This document shows, in pieces, positions 1-7,906 of a DNA stretch of 13,564 nucleotides. This stretch comes from Myxococcota bacterium. Its GTDB lineage: Bacteria; Myxococcota_A; UBA796; GCA-2862545. The notes beneath the pieces are model-generated. The model was given only the letters and a program-made list of their open reading frames with translations, did not search any database and was not told the DNA's origin. The position numbers were made by a program, and so were the translations under genes. Location of the stretch: positions 1 to 13,564 of the forward strand of contig JBCCQY010000205.1 in NCBI GenBank assembly GCA_039208735.1, written 5' to 3'. Positions within the stretch are counted from its first letter, which is position 1. Each line of letters begins with the position of its first letter.

Positions 1-284
1 ACCGCGCCGGGCTCGATGGCTTGGACGACCCCCGTGCTGTCGCGGTGCACAGTGCGGCCCTCGAACAGCGTGGTCACGGTGGCGAGACCGATGTGGGGGT
101 GAGGTGGCACGTCCATGGCCTGGCTTGTCGGGCCAAAGTGGTCGAAGAACACGAAGGGGCCCACCGACCGCTGGCCCACCGTGGGCAGGGTCCGCCGGAC
201 GGTCATCGACTCCGTCTGCGACGTACCCAAGTCTCGGACTCGCGCTTCGATGCGCCGCTCGATCCCCCTTGTTTTGCCGGCCAT
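1..284 (-). CDS. Pirin-family (bicupin) protein, N-terminal part; truncated by the left window edge
   Basis: Manual translation of the minus strand from ATG 284 (alternative in-frame ATG at 317): MAGKTRGIERRIEARVRDLG...VRRTLPTVGQRSVGPFVFFDHFGP...MDVPPHPHIGLATVTTLFEGRTVHRDSTGVVQAIEPGA. It has the pirin motifs GPFxFxDH, HPHxG (metal ligands) and HRDS. The frame is open to position 1 and is not in the ORF track. Confidence 0.95.
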   Translation of the reverse strand, partial: MAGKTRGIERRIEARVRDLGTSQTESMTVRRTLPTVGQRSVGPFVFFDHFGPTSQAMDVPPHPHIGLATVTTLFEGRTVHRDSTGVVQAIEPGA

Positions 285-411
285 GCAATCCGTATTGCTT
301 CGGGAATGCGGGGTCATCGGGTCCTCCAGGTCGAGCCTGTATCGACATTCGCGATATTCCCAAGGCTGAAAGCGATGAGCATTCGCACCACTGGTGGTAA
401 ACAGGACCCGT

Positions 412-753
412 ATGAAACGAGAGCTGGCCGCTTTTCCTGACCCGACTGGCCCGACCAGTTCGGGTGCCCTCGCCCAAGAACTTGCCAAACAGGTGGCTCG
501 CGTGTTGGCCACCGGTGAATCGTCGACGCCCGGCCCGGGCCGACATACCCGCGACCGCCGACAGGACGCGCTTTGGGATTGCGCCGGTGTCCTGCAATCG
601 GTGGGGCGGGCCCCGAACTCCGAACGCCTGGTCGAGCAGCTCAAAGACCTTCCCGACCTGCTCGCCCACTCGGAGGCCTCCGAATTTGCCGAGCGTCTCG
701 CGGCATGGACCGACGAAACCTGGACGCTGATAGGTGGCAATCGCCCTAGCTAG
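412..753 (+). CDS. Hypothetical protein (~113 aa, probably helical)
   Basis: ORF 394..753. ATG at 412 is preceded by AGGA. The ORF fills the gap between pirin and the PhnA-like gene. No recognisable motif. Confidence 0.55.
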   Translation: MKRELAAFPDPTGPTSSGALAQELAKQVARVLATGESSTPGPGRHTRDRRQDALWDCAGVLQSVGRAPNSERLVEQLKDLPDLLAHSEASEFAERLAAWTDETWTLIGGNRPS

Positions 754-1141
754 TGCCGTCGAGCCGCTCCGTAATCTCGTCGGTCAGCCATAGCCCGTCC
801 AGTACGTCGCTGGCCCAGCGCGCATCGGCTTCCTCGACCAAGCGTCGTAACAGCCGGACCGCGACGATTTGGACAGGAGGGATGTCCGACCAGCCGGCGG
901 TCTCGAGGAAGCGAAGTTCGTTCGGATCCGCGATTCGGCCGCCCTCGATCCACTCCCGGCAAGGCTCGCAGACGAGGATCGCCGCATCCAGATCCGCTTC
1001 CTCAGGGGGCGGCACCGGCAGCACCCTTAAGCTGCGCGGCTGGTCGCAAAGCTCACAACGTGACCTCGCGCGCCGCGCCAGATCCTTGCCGAGCGCCTCG
1101 TAGGCGGCCACTTTCGCTGCATGCTGCTGCCGTCGTCCCAT
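746..1141 (-). CDS. PhnA-like zinc-binding protein (short form without the C-terminal PhnA domain)
   Basis: From ATG 1141: MGRRQQH...LGKDLARRARSRCELC...ILVCEPC...LRFLETAGWSDIPPVQIVAVRLLRRL...WASDVLDGLWL. Two CxxC motifs and the WS(D/E)xPxVQ..RLL pattern match proteins commonly annotated 'phnA protein'. The upstream part of track ORF 746..1465 is shadow of the opposite gene. Confidence 0.8.
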   Translation of the reverse strand: MGRRQQHAAKVAAYEALGKDLARRARSRCELCDQPRSLRVLPVPPPEEADLDAAILVCEPCREWIEGGRIADPNELRFLETAGWSDIPPVQIVAVRLLRRLVEEADARWASDVLDGLWLTDEITERLDGTS

Positions 1142-1215
1142 GTCGGGCAGCGTATCGCGACGAGGCGCCAGGACGAATGGTGCAGGATGGCTCCGACCGA
1201 AGGCTGGAGGTGGGA

Positions 1216-1785
1216 ATGGGTGGATTTCCGTGGCGTGTGACCACGGCCCTGAGCGCTGTGGTGCTCGTGAGTCTGGCGTGCAGTGGAGGAGTGCCCGAGG
1301 AGTTGTTGGGCGTCGTTCCAGAAGTTCCATCGGAACCGGCGGCGGAAGTTGCCGAGGTGGAGGCGCCCGACGCAGAGGAGGCCCTCGCCGACGCCCCTGC
1401 GGCAGCGGACGAGGCCCTCGAAGCCCCCGAGGCCCCCGAGGCCCCTGAGGCCCCCGCTCCCGCACCGGAGCCGGTCGCTCCTCGGGCCACGTCGGCGTTC
1501 TTCACGTCCGTGGGGGCCCAAGTCCCGGTGGGCGGCGAGGTGGTGGACGAGCGAAACAGACGCGTCAGCCTCATTCATCGCGATGCGTGGGACGTGGAGG
1601 CGGTCTGGAAGACCTACCTCGAGGCACTCACCGAGGGGGGCTGGCAGCGCTACCGAACCGCGGTGCCCCCATTCGAAGGGATCTTCCATCGGGAGGACCA
1701 GCTCATCGATCTTCGCCTGAAACAGGCAGGTCCCACCGTCACGGCGGATCTCACGTTGAAACAACGCGCGCCCGAGGCCCCGTGA
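1216..1785 (+). CDS. Putative lipoprotein with Glu/Ala/Pro-rich linker and small C-terminal domain
   Basis: GGAGGT SD at 1206-1211 and ATG at 1216. The signal peptide ends in the lipobox-like VSLA-C (then SGG), followed by an acidic EAP-repeat linker and a ~95 aa globular C-terminus. Confidence 0.8.
   Translation: MGGFPWRVTTALSAVVLVSLACSGGVPEELLGVVPEVPSEPAAEVAEVEAPDAEEALADAPAAADEALEAPEAPEAPEAPAPAPEPVAPRATSAFFTSVGAQVPVGGEVVDERNRRVSLIHRDAWDVEAVWKTYLEALTEGGWQRYRTAVPPFEGIFHREDQLIDLRLKQAGPTVTADLTLKQRAPEAP
1411..1455 (+). repeat. In-frame 9-bp tandem repeat x5 (EAL-EAP-EAP-EAP-EAP)
   Basis: GAGGCCCTC GAAGCCCCC GAGGCCCCC GAGGCCCCT GAGGCCCCC read directly. Confidence 0.9.
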
Positions 1786-2322
1786 TCATCGCGGGCTTCC
1801 CGAGCGCTTCAGGTAGTCCACCACAGCCGCGCCGCTCTGCTTGATGAGCGGCACCACGAGTTGCACGACGATGCGTTCGACCATCGGCACCGCACTGCTC
1901 GGGATTTGCGACATCTCATCGACCCGTTCGGGGTGGAACGAGAACGAGCCGGCTACATCGATGCGGGAGCCCTTTCGGGCTTCGTGATAGGTATTTGTCC
2001 CTTTGCAATCAATGCTTTGACCTAGTCCTGGCACCTCGATCTGCCAGGTGGCGGTGTAGGCCGCTTCATCCCACGTCGTGCGCTGCGTCCAGACGAGGAG
2101 TTCCTCCCGCACGAAGGGTCGAACCAACATGGGAAGCGCCGCCTTGGTGCCGTACCAACGGTGAACCTGCTCGATGTCGCCCGAGGCGTGCAACGTGCGC
2201 GAACGCAGTTCGACACGGCGCACCGCGTCCAGATGCTCAATGACATCCTGCAAAGCGTCGCGGTGCGTCTCGAATACCAAAGGGCGTGGGTAGGCGGTTC
2301 GCTCGGAGTGCGAGAAATCCAC
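1786..2322 (-). CDS. SRPBCC/START-fold protein (DUF2505-like), probable hydrophobic-ligand binding
   Basis: 178 aa with a GTG start. The pattern 'F.H......P...VF', 'LP..VR.FV...LVW.Q.TTWD', 'C.G...Y' and a long C-terminal amphipathic helix are typical of helix-grip fold proteins. Family assigned by recognition, not by search. Confidence 0.7.
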   Translation of the reverse strand: MDFSHSERTAYPRPLVFETHRDALQDVIEHLDAVRRVELRSRTLHASGDIEQVHRWYGTKAALPMLVRPFVREELLVWTQRTTWDEAAYTATWQIEVPGLGQSIDCKGTNTYHEARKGSRIDVAGSFSFHPERVDEMSQIPSSAVPMVERIVVQLVVPLIKQSGAAVVDYLKRSGSPR

Positions 2323-2408
2323 GTTTCGGGCCTCGTGGGGCTCAGGTTACCCTGCGGCCTTGCCGCACGGACGGGTTCGTAATGCCGCGAAAGCCACAGG
2401 GGATCGGA

Positions 2409-3938
2409 ATGACACACGGCCTTCTGGCCTTCAGCACAGCAGTAACCCTGGTCGGGACGATGGTGGGCTGCGGCTCTCCCTTGACCCCCGAGGAGGCGCC
2501 AGCCGACGCACCGCTCGCAGAACAGGTCGCGATCGATGGCCTGACCGCGGACCCCCGCCAACTCGCAGTGGATCAGACCCCAGGCGGGGGGACTACGGAA
2601 ACGGGCACCAGCGCCGCGCTCTCGGCCAGCTGCGAACTCACCGACAACGCCCTGCGCGCGATCTGCACCGTTTCGACCGACCCGCCAGGCCCGGTTCGGG
2701 TGACGTTTGCCCCCGTCGATGGCAGCCGCCCCGCACGGACCCATGACAGCATCTCGTTTTCCGCTACCCACCGGGTCCCGCTCTACTTCCTGACCCCCGA
2801 CACCGCCTACGAAGCCTTGGTCACCCGAGCCGACGGCGGGGCCAAGGCGGCGACGGCTCAGTTTGACACCGAGCTTCCTCCGGGGCGGTACAGCACGATG
2901 ACGGTCGATGGCACGTCTTCGTCTCCCATGATGGGCATGAGTTCGCCGTGTTCTGCTTCCCCGGTGGCCGTGGTGCACGACACCAACGGCGATCTGCTGT
3001 GGATTCAGCACATGGCCATGACCGAGTCGGCTCGCATGGAAGGGGTGTCATTCACCGAGGATCAAACGGTACTTGCGGTTCTTTACCAGGGCGCCGAACT
3101 CACCACGCTTAGCGAGGTCAACCTCGAAGGCGACCAGCTGATGTGGTTCCAGCAGGGGGTCGACTTCGATGAGCGGGTGCACCACGATGCGTTCCGCAAG
3201 AATGGCCTGACCTATGCGCTCGCCCATGAGGTGCTCGTTGTCGAAAACAAGCAGGTCCTGCTCGATGGGGTCTATGTCTTCGACAGCAAGGGCTTGGTGG
3301 CGGAGTGGTGGCTGTCCGACGATTGGATTCCACCCGCGAGCGCCATTCCGGGGGGCATCGGCAATGCGTTCGATCTGACCCACGCAAACGCGGTCTGGGT
3401 CGATGATGTCGGGGACATTTACGTTTCGTTCCGGCACATCTCTTCGATCGCGAAGATCACGGGACTGGGTGCGAATTTTGGAACCCTGCAATGGGTGATT
3501 GCGGGATCGAACACCCCATGGCGCAATGACTTCGGGTTCTCGGATCTCCCTGATGAGCGGTCGGGCTTCATCCGCCAGCACAACATCCACCAGCTTGCGA
3601 CGGGGAGCTTCGCCATCTTCGACAATCGTTCGTCGCCGAGCGAGCCGTCTCGGTTGCTCGTGTTCGACCTCAATCAGCCGATGCTGGAGTTCACGGCACT
3701 CGAGGCGTACGATCTGCCAGTGCACTGCCCATTCCAAGGCGGGGCGTGGTTTACCGGAGCAACGAACGGGGTTGGTAATCCAGTAGCGACCTGCGCTCCC
3801 GAGCGACGGGCCTACGAGTATGAGCTGGGTTCAACCGGAGTTGGAACCGCAGCCGCACCCGTCCTCTGGGAGGCACAGCTAAGTTGTACGGGAGCGGGCA
3901 ACACCTACGTGCCGCGCTTCGTACCGCTCGATTGGTAA
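2409..3938 (+). CDS. Aryl-sulfate sulfotransferase (ASST, PAPS-independent) family lipoprotein
   Basis: Signal peptide with lipobox MVG-C and an N-terminal Ig/FN3-like segment (HRVPLYFLTPDTAY). ASST active-site motifs occur in order: HHD, DLTHANAV, SFRH, RQHN, IFDN. The start could be ATG 2382 instead of 2409. Confidence 0.85.
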   Translation: MTHGLLAFSTAVTLVGTMVGCGSPLTPEEAPADAPLAEQVAIDGLTADPRQLAVDQTPGGGTTETGTSAALSASCELTDNALRAICTVSTDPPGPVRVTFAPVDGSRPARTHDSISFSATHRVPLYFLTPDTAYEALVTRADGGAKAATAQFDTELPPGRYSTMTVDGTSSSPMMGMSSPCSASPVAVVHDTNGDLLWIQHMAMTESARMEGVSFTEDQTVLAVLYQGAELTTLSEVNLEGDQLMWFQQGVDFDERVHHDAFRKNGLTYALAHEVLVVENKQVLLDGVYVFDSKGLVAEWWLSDDWIPPASAIPGGIGNAFDLTHANAVWVDDVGDIYVSFRHISSIAKITGLGANFGTLQWVIAGSNTPWRNDFGFSDLPDERSGFIRQHNIHQLATGSFAIFDNRSSPSEPSRLLVFDLNQPMLEFTALEAYDLPVHCPFQGGAWFTGATNGVGNPVATCAPERRAYEYELGSTGVGTAAAPVLWEAQLSCTGAGNTYVPRFVPLDW

Positions 3939-3956
3939 CGAGAGACCGGAGGCGTT

Positions 3957-4703
3957 TTGGACCCCCGACCGTGGGTCCCCAAGTGGGACCCCGATGCTCG
4001 CAGACGGCTGATTTGCTTCGGACCTGCGGGTCGTGGGACGTCAGACTTCCACGCCTGGCGTGAACGTCTCCCGGGAGGCCTCGACGTCCTTCCTGTGGTG
4101 CTGCCCGGACGGGAGCGTCGCTTGAGCGACCCCTTGGCGACGACGTGGCCCGAACTCCTGAACCCGCTGTCAGACCGCCTCGCCGATTTGGTCGAGACCT
4201 CCGACTACGTAGTCTACGGTCACAGCATGGGGGCTTGGGTGGGCTACGAGCTGGTCCGCCGGTTTCGCGCGATGGGCGTGCCCATGCCTTTGCACCTGGT
4301 GGTGGGCGCCCGCCGCGCTCCCCAAGTCCCCGACCCCTTGCCCTCGCTCGCACGACTGGATGATGCCGCATTTGTGGCCGCGGTTCAGGAGCGCTACGGC
4401 GGCATCCCCGACCAGGTACGCAACGATCCCGAGATCCTAGCCCTATTCCTGCCCATGATGCGAGCGGATTTCGCCTTGCTAGATGGCTATACGTATGAGC
4501 CCTCTCCTCCGCTTGACGTGCCGATCACCGCGGTGTTGGGTCTCGATGACGATTTGGTGTCCAGCGACTTGGTGGTGCCGTGGGGTGAGTTGACGTCTCG
4601 CACCTTTCAGATCCGCCACGTGACGGGGGGCCACTTCTTCTTGCGGGACGCTGCGATCGAAGTCACCGACTTTCTTGCCCAGTTGTTCCACCAGGAATTG
4701 TGA
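3957..4703 (+). CDS. Type II thioesterase (GrsT/RifR-like alpha/beta hydrolase)
   Basis: RLICF..AG, LPGRERR, GHSMG nucleophile elbow, RADF, GLDD and GGHFFL give an intact Ser-Asp-His triad. GGAGG at 3948-3952 precedes the TTG start. Confidence 0.95.
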   Translation: MDPRPWVPKWDPDARRRLICFGPAGRGTSDFHAWRERLPGGLDVLPVVLPGRERRLSDPLATTWPELLNPLSDRLADLVETSDYVVYGHSMGAWVGYELVRRFRAMGVPMPLHLVVGARRAPQVPDPLPSLARLDDAAFVAAVQERYGGIPDQVRNDPEILALFLPMMRADFALLDGYTYEPSPPLDVPITAVLGLDDDLVSSDLVVPWGELTSRTFQIRHVTGGHFFLRDAAIEVTDFLAQLFHQEL

Positions 4704-4762
4704 CGTGACGGCAGACTCGGGAGCACTCCCCGAGGTAGACTCGCGGCGCAGGAGGGAGCCCC

Positions 4763-5788
4763 ATGCCAAACAAGCCACCCTCCCCTAAGGCGCTGGAGCA
4801 GGCCCGCACGCGGCTTGATGATGCCCTCACGACGCATCCGGGTGACCCGACCCTGCTGCTGCTTCGTGGTCGTGCGGACGCGCGGGTGGGGCGGTACGCC
4901 GAAGCGGCGGAGTTCTTCGACCGCGCGGCAAAGGGGTTTCGCGCGATCGATGACTTGGTCAACGAAGCGACGGCGAGGCTCGACGAAGCCTCGTCCCGTT
5001 CGCGGGCGGGATTCGATGAAGAAGCTCGCACGGCCTACCATTTGGCCATCGATGTCTTCACTACGATTTCTCAACCACTCGGGGCGGCGCAGGGACGTCT
5101 CGCACTCGCGCGTCACGAACTTGCGAACCGTCAGTTTGACACGGCTCGCATCGAGCTGGAGCGGTGCCTCGAGCCCTTGGCCTTGGCCGAGGCCTACGGG
5201 GACTTGGGTTGGGCTTGCGAACGCCTGGTCGACCTGACCCGACGCAACGAGGACGTTGAGGTGGCCCTCAATCACGCGCGGATTGCGGTGGAAGCCGCTG
5301 GCAAAGCCCGAGAACGGGACGTATTCGGCGGGCGCTTGGCGGTGCTGGGGGCGCTGCATCGACAAGCCAACCACCCGGCCAAAGCCCGCAGCTATCTCTC
5401 CAAGTCCCTGCCCTACCTCCGCGAGACCGGACCTCGGGCGATGCTGCTCGATGCGCTGATGGAGCTGTCGGAACTCGAGGCCGAACGCGAACGCGCCGAA
5501 CGCTCCCGGGACTACCTCGAAGAGGCGTTGCAGGTCGCGGATCGGGGGGCCACCGTGGTCGATCGGCGCCGCGTACGCTTGAAGCTCGCCACCCAGCTCG
5601 TCGAGGTGATCCCAACGCGGGCGCGTCGTTTGGTTGACGAGGTCCTCTCCCTCATGGAAGACACGGATCACCGAGGCGATCGGGCCATGTGGACCCAAAT
5701 CGCAAGCGTGCAGAGTCGTCTTGGCGAAACCCAGGCCGCCCGCGAATCGCTGGCTCGCGGCCGTCCTCGCCCCCAGCAGGTGGATTAG
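4763..5788 (+). CDS. Tetratricopeptide-repeat (TPR-like) helical protein
   Basis: Repeated TPR-like units (GRYAEAAEFFDRA, ARTAYHLAIDVF, ARSYLSKSLPY, SRDYLEEALQVA, LGETQAARESLARG). AGGAGG SD upstream. No catalytic domain recognised. Confidence 0.8.
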   Translation: MPNKPPSPKALEQARTRLDDALTTHPGDPTLLLLRGRADARVGRYAEAAEFFDRAAKGFRAIDDLVNEATARLDEASSRSRAGFDEEARTAYHLAIDVFTTISQPLGAAQGRLALARHELANRQFDTARIELERCLEPLALAEAYGDLGWACERLVDLTRRNEDVEVALNHARIAVEAAGKARERDVFGGRLAVLGALHRQANHPAKARSYLSKSLPYLRETGPRAMLLDALMELSELEAERERAERSRDYLEEALQVADRGATVVDRRRVRLKLATQLVEVIPTRARRLVDEVLSLMEDTDHRGDRAMWTQIASVQSRLGETQAARESLARGRPRPQQVD

Positions 5789-7800
5789 CCGCGCATCTCG
5801 AGCAAGTAGCGGGTGAGCGCTTCGATGGTGGGATGATCGAACAGGGCCGTCCCTGGAACCTCCACGCGCAGATCTCGTCCCACCTGCTCGAGCAGTTCTG
5901 TGCCGGTGATCGAGTCCAACCCAAGGTCGCGCAGGGGGAGGTCGGTCGGGACGTCCGCTTCGGCAAGCCCGACGAGCGGGCCCACCAGCCTGCGGAGATG
6001 CTGGGTGAGCAAGCGGGTCTGGCGACGGGGGGAGGCTCCGTCGAGGGACTGGCCCAGGACGGACGAAGAAGTGGCCTGTGACGTGGCCTCTCGCAGAGCG
6101 ATATGGACGGTCGGAAGGGCTCCCGACAGGTAGAGGTCGCGAGCCCGGGATCGCTGGATCTTTCCCGAACTCGTCTTGGGCACCGCCCGTGGTGCAACCA
6201 AAACCAATGCCTCAGCGGCGACGCCATGCGCGGCCAGCGCCTTGCGCAGAGCGGCGATGATCACCTCGGGAGGGCTTTGCTCAGGCGTGACTTCGGCCAC
6301 TAGCGCAAGGGCTTCCCCTTGGGGGCCGGGCACGGCAAAGGCGGCCGTTCCATGGGGCCGGATGGCTGCGTGCGCGTGTTCCGCAGTCCATTCGAGGTCT
6401 TCGGGATGGTGGTTTTCGCCTCGGAGGATGACCAGGTCCTTCAGTCGGCCCGACAGGTACAATTCGCCTTCGTGCAGAAACCCCAGATCCCCCGTTCGTA
6501 AGAACGGGCCGGTACCATCCGCCATGTAGGCTTCGAAGGTGGCTTTGGTCGCGTCTGGCTCGCCTTCGTATCCTTGGGCGACGGTCCGACCACTGACCCA
6601 CACCTCGCCAACCTGACCTGGGCCTTGGGGGGCTTTGGTCTGCGGGTCGACGATGCGGACAACGGTGTCGCCGACCGTCGAACCCGTACTCGCTACCTCG
6701 ATCGCAGACGCTTCGTGGCTCGAGACCTGGATTCGCCCCTGCTCGTAGGCCACCCGGTCGACGCGTAGGAATCGGGCGGATTCCCGATCGATGGGCTCAC
6801 TGGTGATCTTGGCCGTGGATTCGCTCATCCCGTACGCGTGCGTGAGTGCAGTGCCCGGAAGTCCATACGGCGCAAAGGTCTCCCGAAAGCGTTCTTCCGA
6901 CGATCGACGAATGGGCTCTGCACCATTCACGATGACCCGCAACGACCGAAGGTCGAGCGATTGCCGCTCGGTTGGCGTGGTTCGGGCGACGGCAAGCTCG
7001 AGACCAAAGTTAGGGGTGGGGGTGTGGGTGCCGCGATGATCGTGGATGGCGCGCAACCACCGGATGGGCCGTGCCACGAAGTCCGCGGGGTCGAGGAACA
7101 CGCCTTCAATGCCCTTGAAGATGGGCATCATGCGCCCGTACACCAATCCCAGGTCGTGGGTCGCAGGCAGCCAAGACACCATCACCGCATCGGGGTCGTG
7201 GGCGTACCCGATGTCGAAGTTGGTGAGCTGGTGGAGCAGGTTGTCGTGCGAAACCCGGACCCCTCGAGGTACCGAGGTCGATCCCGACGTGTACTGGAGG
7301 TACGCGATGGAGGCGGCTTCAGGGGCGGTGACCGGTGCGACGTCGCTCGGCCCGATCGGTTCGATGTCGACGAAGTGGTCTGGCCGCGGCCCCTCCCAGG
7401 CTTGTCGCAAGACGTCGGTGTGTTGCGCGGTGGTAAGCACAAGCCGCACGCCCGCTTTGGCCCCCACCACCACGACACGCCGCAACGTGCGGTCCGGTCG
7501 CCCAGGGTCTGGGGGATGAAGGGGTACAGCGACCACCTGGGCGATCATGCATCCATACAGGGCTGCGTGGAACGAAAGCCCCTCGTCGACCACCACCGCG
7601 ACGCGGTCGCCCGGCTGAAGCCCTTGCTCTTGCAGCCAACTCGCGACGCCCCGCGATCGGGCCCAGAGGTCTTGGTAGGTCCAGGTGAGGCCCGGGCCGT
7701 CACCGTGCGGCAGAAACCGATAGGCGATGGCGTCAGGGGTGGTCGATGCGCGGAAACGGAGCAGATCGACGAACGTCCGGATCTCGGAGTCTGGGCCCAT
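5785..7800 (-). CDS. Fatty acyl-AMP ligase (FAAL) fused to a C-terminal acyl carrier protein
   Basis: Motifs YLQYTSGST, SWLP..HDLGL, NGAEPIR, YGMSE, a FAAL-type insertion (..LRVDRVAYEQGRI..), FLRTGDLGF, GRLKDLVILRGENHHPEDLE and PKTSSGKIQR. The C-terminal PKS-like ACP has LGLDSI (phosphopantetheine Ser) and LFDHPTIEAL. Confidence 0.95.
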   Translation of the reverse strand: MGPDSEIRTFVDLLRFRASTTPDAIAYRFLPHGDGPGLTWTYQDLWARSRGVASWLQEQGLQPGDRVAVVVDEGLSFHAALYGCMIAQVVAVPLHPPDPGRPDRTLRRVVVVGAKAGVRLVLTTAQHTDVLRQAWEGPRPDHFVDIEPIGPSDVAPVTAPEAASIAYLQYTSGSTSVPRGVRVSHDNLLHQLTNFDIGYAHDPDAVMVSWLPATHDLGLVYGRMMPIFKGIEGVFLDPADFVARPIRWLRAIHDHRGTHTPTPNFGLELAVARTTPTERQSLDLRSLRVIVNGAEPIRRSSEERFRETFAPYGLPGTALTHAYGMSESTAKITSEPIDRESARFLRVDRVAYEQGRIQVSSHEASAIEVASTGSTVGDTVVRIVDPQTKAPQGPGQVGEVWVSGRTVAQGYEGEPDATKATFEAYMADGTGPFLRTGDLGFLHEGELYLSGRLKDLVILRGENHHPEDLEWTAEHAHAAIRPHGTAAFAVPGPQGEALALVAEVTPEQSPPEVIIAALRKALAAHGVAAEALVLVAPRAVPKTSSGKIQRSRARDLYLSGALPTVHIALREATSQATSSSVLGQSLDGASPRRQTRLLTQHLRRLVGPLVGLAEADVPTDLPLRDLGLDSITGTELLEQVGRDLRVEVPGTALFDHPTIEALTRYLLEMRG

Positions 7801-7906
7801 AACCTCGTCCTATCCCGGCCTCTCGCCATCGGGGCTCGCGATCGAAGTCCCGTTCGGGCAAAATCGTCGATACGAGTCGCAGTGTGACTGGGTAGGAGAG
7901 GCATCG

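Noticed and set aside
21..440. Three overlapping + strand ORFs (21..440, 104..400, 115..369)
   Set aside because: Antisense to a clear pirin gene.
4716..4734. Hairpin CTCGGG-agcactc-CCCGAG between TE and TPR genes as a terminator
   Set aside because: Only a 6-bp stem with no U-tract, which is plausible by chance at this GC content.
2409..7800. Olefin synthase (Ols/CurM-like FAAL-ACP...ST-TE) hydrocarbon pathway
   Set aside because: There is no KS/AT/KR. The sulfotransferase is an exported ASST-type enzyme, not the PAPS-dependent ST domain, and the TE looks like a standard type II TE. The resemblance is only superficial.
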